DNA of 64,000 nt from Piedraia hortae CBS 480.64 (lineage: Eukaryota), in assembly GCA_010093745.1 (NCBI GenBank), contig MU006001.1, positions 1-64,000 on the forward strand. The letters are read 5' to 3'. Numbering within the stretch: the first letter of the stretch is position 1; each line of letters starts with the position of its first letter. A program made the translations under genes and the position numbers. This document shows, piece after piece, positions 59,118 to 64,000 of the stretch. The notes beneath the pieces are model-generated. The model was given only the letters and a program-made list of their open reading frames with translations, did not search any database and was not told the DNA's origin.

Positions 59118-59312
59118 TACAAGCTACAGACAAGGGACATTTAACAGCGCCCGGGACTCCCTCATGTCATCACCACCTGAAGTGATGCCCGGATCCGCAG
59201 CTTTGGGTTGCCCGTCGCGGTCCGTCGGCCCGTCCCATTCTAGTGTGCACGGTCCAGGTGTCAAATCACACCCATTAATTGGTTCCACCGGTTCCCAGAC
59301 ATCCGGGTGGAC

Positions 59313-60158
59313 ATGTCGCAGCAGCAGGAGAGGACATTTCAACGGTTCTGCGGCGCCAACTTTAGCCCTGCCTTTGCATATCCGCTCAAGGGAATCTGGT
59401 ACTTTGCGACCCATCGTTACCTTCATCCGCTGCTTCAGGCAAGACTGCTGCCCCTGACCCTCCTGTCCATCTGCGTGTTGGCCATCTTGTTCTTGACAGC
59501 ATATCTACCCGTGGTTGCCTTCCTTGCACTCTTCCACCACAAGGGCTCAGCATGGGCTAATGGAACCGTTTTCATCCTTGGCATCGGCTCCTTGCTCGTC
59601 TCCATTCTCTTCGAAGCCTTATTCGTGGACAAGACTCAGGTCGATATTTTCGATTCGGTAATGGTCGCCGAGGGCTACGAACACCTTGTCAAAACCCGCA
59701 GGTCGGTAAATCAGGACATCAACGAGCCTGATCCTCTCAAAAGACTTGGTCCGCGCGAAAAAGGTGCTGAATTTGCACCATTTTCCTTGCGGCAGATTAT
59801 CGAATTCGTCTTCTTCTTGCCGCTGAATTTTGTTCCCTACGTTGGGATTCCTCTCTTTCTCCTTGTTACGGGATACCGAGCCGGGCCACTGCTCAATTGG
59901 AGATACTTTAAGCTAAAGGGGTTTGATAGAAAGCAACGCAAACAGTTCATCAAACAGAAGCAGCGGAGGTGGGAGTATATGTGGTTCGGAACCGTCTACA
60001 TGGCTCTGCAGCTCACTCCAGTCGTCCAGATGCTTTTCTTGCTGACCTCTGCCGCCGGGAGCGCGCTGTGGTCGGTGCATATAGAGGTGGAGATGAGTGA
60101 ACGCACCACTTTGTTGCAGGATGAACGTCTACCGCCGGATTATCACGATAGCGTTTAA
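59313..60158 (+). CDS. EI24/Rrt8-Lds family membrane protein
   Basis: AYPLKGIWYF, DIFDSV, LPLNFVPYVG, RYFKLKG, YMWFG..LQLTP..GSALW; multiple TM segments. Confidence 0.8.
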   Translation: MSQQQERTFQRFCGANFSPAFAYPLKGIWYFATHRYLHPLLQARLLPLTLLSICVLAILFLTAYLPVVAFLALFHHKGSAWANGTVFILGIGSLLVSILFEALFVDKTQVDIFDSVMVAEGYEHLVKTRRSVNQDINEPDPLKRLGPREKGAEFAPFSLRQIIEFVFFLPLNFVPYVGIPLFLLVTGYRAGPLLNWRYFKLKGFDRKQRKQFIKQKQRRWEYMWFGTVYMALQLTPVVQMLFLLTSAAGSALWSVHIEVEMSERTTLLQDERLPPDYHDSV

Positions 60159-60188
60159 CGATAATGCCAATGTACACTTTCTTCAGAT

Positions 60189-62510
60189 TCAATCACTATC
60201 ATCGTCCGGTGCACCCTCATCGACATCCCCCAGCGCCTCAAGCGCTTCCACCGCGCTCTCACACTGCTTTTTGATCCTCCTCTTCTCCTTCTCCCCAACC
60301 CCCAAACCCGCCTTGGCCACCTTCCTCGTCAAATACGTCTGCAAGCCCGACACCATCCTCGGCGCAGCCCTGGCATTCTGAAAAACCCTCCCCACATCCT
60401 TGGCACCAACCTTAGTCAACAACCTCGTCAAGCAAAGCTCCACAAACGTGCCCATTTTCCCCCCCTTGACACGTTCAAAATCAACATTCTTCAACACCGT
60501 CACCCGCATAGCCTCGTACGCAATCAACGAGCCATAAAACTGCGCCAATGCCATGACCTTTTCCAGGTCAAACACTTCTCCATCCTCCTCGCCCTCCTCA
60601 CCCTCTTTCGATTGTAATTTCTGTACAAGCCAGCCGAGCCCGAACCTAAATGCCCGCGCGAACCTGTTCTGGTTGCAGAGCTGGCGGGCGACGAGGGCGT
60701 AGAAGGGGTTGTACGGGTTTTCTGTTCTGACGCAGAAGAGCATCACCTGGGGGATTTCGAGGGACTGTTTAGCTTTGAGGTTTAGTTTCAGGAGTTTGGT
60801 GTGTGCGTCTTTGTAATTGACCGAGGAGACGAGTGCGACGAAAATGGATACGCGCACAGGTGTGTTCATGCCTTGTTCCCGTGCCAGGCGGTAGAGGGAC
60901 GATAAGTCGTCTTCTTGAGGTAGAGAGGTGGGGGTTTCGTCTTCGTCGTCTTCGATGTTTGGGGAAGGTTCGTGTGCGCTAACTGTGCCGTTTGCCATTT
61001 TAGATGGGTCGTGGTAGGAAGCGCCAACGAGCCACCATTTGCCCTTTTTGTCAGCTGAGTTGATATCCTCCATGGTGATGTTGAGCGCTTCTCTGGCCCT
61101 GAGGCTCGAGCGGGACGAGGTCAGTGTGCCGAGAATTTTGCGGAATCGGGTTGTGGTCTCGGAGACGAGGGCCGCTATTCCCGCCGCGTTGGCCTTGAGA
61201 CGGTTGTCCTTGAGCTTGTGGATCGTCTCAATCATGAACCGTGTGCGAAGGGGTAAGTTATCGAGGCCGGCCTTGTCCACGTTGCGCTGGAGGAGGCGGA
61301 TGACCGTCTTCAGGGCTAGTGGATCGTCTTTACGGAGTTGAGGTCCGCTGATCTGGATCAGACGGAGAAGAAGTACCGTGTTCGTCTCGGTTAACTCGTC
61401 CAGGAGGAGACGCATGATGTCAAAGACCAGGGCACTTCCAACAACCTGGAAGCTGTACAGGCTTGACAGGAAACCGACAAGATTGAGCAGCTGCTTGCCC
61501 TCGCCCTCGACCAAGTGCCACTTGGCGAACTCGGCCACGATGCGCTCCAGCAGCTGCGCCCCAAAATCGGCACCAATGACCTTGTACACGGCTGCACAGA
61601 ATGCGCCGTGGAGAATGACAAAGGTTTCGCTCAGTGACGACGGGTTGATGATCAAGTCCATCAGAAGCTCGATTAGGCACGACGTTACATGCTGTCGGGG
61701 GTTTTCAGAATAGATCCGCTCGACTGCCTGGAGGATTGAGAGCATGTTCTCATTGGACAGGCGATTAAGTTGGCCTTGGATCTGTCGTCTGAGCTGCTTG
61801 AGATCCTCCTGTTCGCCCGTCGTGGGCTTGCCAAGGGATAGGGGCACATACTTGGCCACAGGATTTTGGTCGCCCTGGGTGACCGGGGCAACGTAGGGAT
61901 TCTCACGACGCTTCTTGGCAGGAGGCTCTGCAGCTTCAGACTCATCTTCATCAAAGCCTTCAAAATCCCCTTCTGATAGCTCATCGGCTTCGGAGGATGG
62001 TGGGGCTTCCTTCTCCGTCCGGCCGCTGTTGAAGGCCGTAATCTCACCTTCGCTGTCCGAACCAACGACCAACCAGTCCAGGTCCTTGTCCTCGACTCTG
62101 CCTCTTTTCCGTCCCCTCATGCCGAGCTTTCTCTCTAGTTCCGCAATCTGGGCATCAGCAGAGTCCATTCCGGCCTTGGCTTGCTGTCGAGATATGCGAA
62201 ATGCACCGTCAGTGTCTCCAACTTCGTCCTCTTCCGCTTCCGCTTCCTCTTCCTCTTCGTCGCCCGAGTCATACTGCGGCTTGATTTGTTTGGATGATTT
62301 CAAGATGGACTTGGGTTGCTCCACGTCTTTTGGCTTTGTTACATGTTTCTGCACTCTATCATTCTTCCTCTGATGCGATTTATGTATCGAGTTTTGGCAC
62401 CGTTCTTTACGATTCCTGACCTTCAGCGTCCTCTCTCCCACCGAGCCGAGTTGCTCAAGTAAAGCCTTCGGCAATTTCGGTCCTTCAAAGCCCGTCTTAC
62501 CCATCACCAT
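60189..62510 (-). CDS. SGD1: Nucleolar MIF4G + MA3 protein Sgd1/NOM1
   Basis: RENPY, KYVP, GQLNRLS..N, GPQLRKDDP, RTRFMIETI..LKDN, GKWWLVGA, QGMNTPVR.SIFVAL, YNPFYAL. Confidence 0.92.
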   Translation of the reverse strand: MVMGKTGFEGPKLPKALLEQLGSVGERTLKVRNRKERCQNSIHKSHQRKNDRVQKHVTKPKDVEQPKSILKSSKQIKPQYDSGDEEEEEAEAEEDEVGDTDGAFRISRQQAKAGMDSADAQIAELERKLGMRGRKRGRVEDKDLDWLVVGSDSEGEITAFNSGRTEKEAPPSSEADELSEGDFEGFDEDESEAAEPPAKKRRENPYVAPVTQGDQNPVAKYVPLSLGKPTTGEQEDLKQLRRQIQGQLNRLSNENMLSILQAVERIYSENPRQHVTSCLIELLMDLIINPSSLSETFVILHGAFCAAVYKVIGADFGAQLLERIVAEFAKWHLVEGEGKQLLNLVGFLSSLYSFQVVGSALVFDIMRLLLDELTETNTVLLLRLIQISGPQLRKDDPLALKTVIRLLQRNVDKAGLDNLPLRTRFMIETIHKLKDNRLKANAAGIAALVSETTTRFRKILGTLTSSRSSLRAREALNITMEDINSADKKGKWWLVGASYHDPSKMANGTVSAHEPSPNIEDDEDETPTSLPQEDDLSSLYRLAREQGMNTPVRVSIFVALVSSVNYKDAHTKLLKLNLKAKQSLEIPQVMLFCVRTENPYNPFYALVARQLCNQNRFARAFRFGLGWLVQKLQSKEGEEGEEDGEVFDLEKVMALAQFYGSLIAYEAMRVTVLKNVDFERVKGGKMGTFVELCLTRLLTKVGAKDVGRVFQNARAAPRMVSGLQTYLTRKVAKAGLGVGEKEKRRIKKQCESAVEALEALGDVDEGAPDDDSD

Positions 62511-62666
62511 CTAGTCAAACTGAATATTTTCAGAAAGCGCACTGCCGAAGTTTGAACTCTGACAGAAAATCTGACCGTGGTGGCAACGCCCCACCTTTTA
62601 TGCCCAATTAGGAAAACGCGCCCAAACCTCAACCCTTGGCACTCATCAAACCACGACGCAGACAAA

Positions 62667-63117
62667 ATGGCGCAAGACCACCTCAGCAACGACGAATTCT
62701 TCACCCAACTCGCATCCGTCCTACAAAAAACGCAAAAAAAGGGCCACGGCTCCGTCTTCCTTGCGCAGAAACGATGTAAGTCCTCATCTTAGACCGCACC
62801 ACGGCGCTGACTCGTCAGTAACATACCAAGCAGATTCTGCCCCAGGACAGACAGCCGAGAACAAGACATGGCCGCTGCTGGTTAGAGCAACAGACGGCAA
62901 GTCTCAGAGCAAAGATCGGGTCAAGAACAAGGACAAAATCAAGCTTAGTACCGTTGTGCAGCCGCAGGATATAGCGGCTTTCTACACACGATATGCAGAC
63001 GTGTGCAAAGCGGGAATGCAGAGCCTCAAGAAGCGAGACCGGAATAAGAAGAAGAAAAAGGATAAGAAGAAAAAGAAAGCCGGAGAGGGAGAGGGAGGTA
63101 GCAAAGCCACTCAATGA
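62667..63117 (+). CDS. SRP14: Signal recognition particle 14 kDa subunit
   Basis: LSNDEFFTQL..GSVFLAQKR|L..LLVRATDGK..KIKLSTVV..FYTRYADVCKAGMQSLKKRDR; 43-nt intron 62776-62818. Confidence 0.94.
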
Positions 63118-63156
63118 TATCAGAAACGTTTGACGACATTGCCGGTCATTAGGCAT

Positions 63157-64000
63157 TCACCTTCTATTTCTACCGAACCTTCCGCGCCCTCGGGCCTTGG
63201 AGTTTTTGTTTTTGATTTTGAGAGCCCGGAAGTTTGCGTGGGCCGTCGCGCTGACTTTCTTAACGGCTTTGTCGACGGCTTTGACTCCCTTTTGGGCGGT
63301 GGTCTTGGCTTTTTGCTTGGCAATATTGTCTTCAGCATCATCTGCTGAGTTATCTGCCTCTGCACCTTGCACTTCTACAGCCTTGGTTGGGTTGTGGAGT
63401 ACGGGCCGCATAATCGCGCGCTTTGTCTGCCGCTTGAGACCCTTTTTCTTGAACGGTTTGCCTCCCGACTGGTCGCCTTCAGGTTCTTTTTGTGCGTCAA
63501 CTACCCCGTCTGGACCTAGCGGCATTTCCACCTCCGTCTTGCCATCGGGTTTGTTGTGCACTGGCTCCCCGCGAGCTTCAGCCTCCATCTCGTTCAGGAC
63601 GTCCAGTTCATCGTCCATGCGTTCTTCCTCCTGTTTCCTTAAACTCTGGATCATACTGCTCAGACTGCGAACCGGTCCCTTTCGTTTCTTGAACGGCGGA
63701 GGGCTGGGAACGTAAAGTCCATCTTTCGTCGCAGGCAAAGAATACGTGCGTCGTAGGAATGCGGGCGTTTCAAACAAGGCTTTGGCGACTTCCTCATCAT
63801 CTTCCAGCTTCCGCTTCGAGGGGGTGCAATCCGGCAGAGCGGAAGCCTTGCGTTTGGACGACGGCGTGGCTGCGGTGGATTTACTTGGAGTCATTAGATC
63901 TTTGACCGGAGCGGCTTTTGACGGCGTTCCTGCGATGCTTTTGGCGGGAGTCGCGAACGGATGGATGTCAAAGATGCCGAGGACTTGTCCATCTCTCTGC
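63157..64000 (-). CDS. SLD2: DNA replication regulator Sld2/Drc1 (3' part; 5' end outside the window)
   Basis: QRDGQVLGIFD, many S/T-P CDK sites, FETPAFLRR, KKKGLKRQTKR..MRP, AHANFRALKI. Confidence 0.85.
   Translation of the reverse strand, partial: QRDGQVLGIFDIHPFATPAKSIAGTPSKAAPVKDLMTPSKSTAATPSSKRKASALPDCTPSKRKLEDDEEVAKALFETPAFLRRTYSLPATKDGLYVPSPPPFKKRKGPVRSLSSMIQSLRKQEEERMDDELDVLNEMEAEARGEPVHNKPDGKTEVEMPLGPDGVVDAQKEPEGDQSGGKPFKKKGLKRQTKRAIMRPVLHNPTKAVEVQGAEADNSADDAEDNIAKQKAKTTAQKGVKAVDKAVKKVSATAHANFRALKIKNKNSKARGRGRFGRNRR

Noticed and set aside
1153..64000. Functional gene cluster (vacuole/lipid: VPS41, VAC14, CHO1, GH5; cell cycle: APC2, Cdc25, SLD2; stress: SKN7, TPS1)
   Set aside because: The genes are dispersed among unrelated housekeeping genes, with no backbone biosynthetic enzyme; consistent with ordinary gene order.

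Overview
Eukaryotic DNA from a filamentous ascomycete (Pezizomycotina), inferred from protein similarity and short GT-AG introns with CTRAC/CTRAY branch points. The window is gene-dense and intron-poor. It holds about 23 mostly conserved protein genes: VPS41, MRX10/RMND1-like, CHO1, APC2, a secreted A1 aspartic protease, a GH5 EGCrP-type glycolipid hydrolase, JEM1/DNAJC3-like, MSN5, SKN7, a Zn2Cys6 factor, CDC25/MIH1, a YMD8-like transporter, RKR1/LTN1, MRPS17, TPS1, HIRIP3-like, PAC2, a small membrane protein, VAC14, RRT8-like, SGD1, SRP14 and a partial SLD2. There is also one tRNA-Cys(GCA). Islands of decayed sequence between the genes hold a solo gag-like pseudogene, hAT and Fot1/pogo transposase relics, an F-box pseudogene and a Cys-rich relic. 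No biosynthetic cluster or clear new multi-gene system is supportable. The most unusual signals are: recurrent sharp C/A-to-G/T strand-skew flips independent of gene orientation; a probable extra domain inside APC2; a repeat-decorated aspartic protease; a hidden terminal TPS1 exon whose intron retention gives an immediate stop; a CaaX box on the GH5 enzyme; and several duplicated promoter motifs. All gene names come from recalled motifs, not database searches. Exon boundaries were read by eye.
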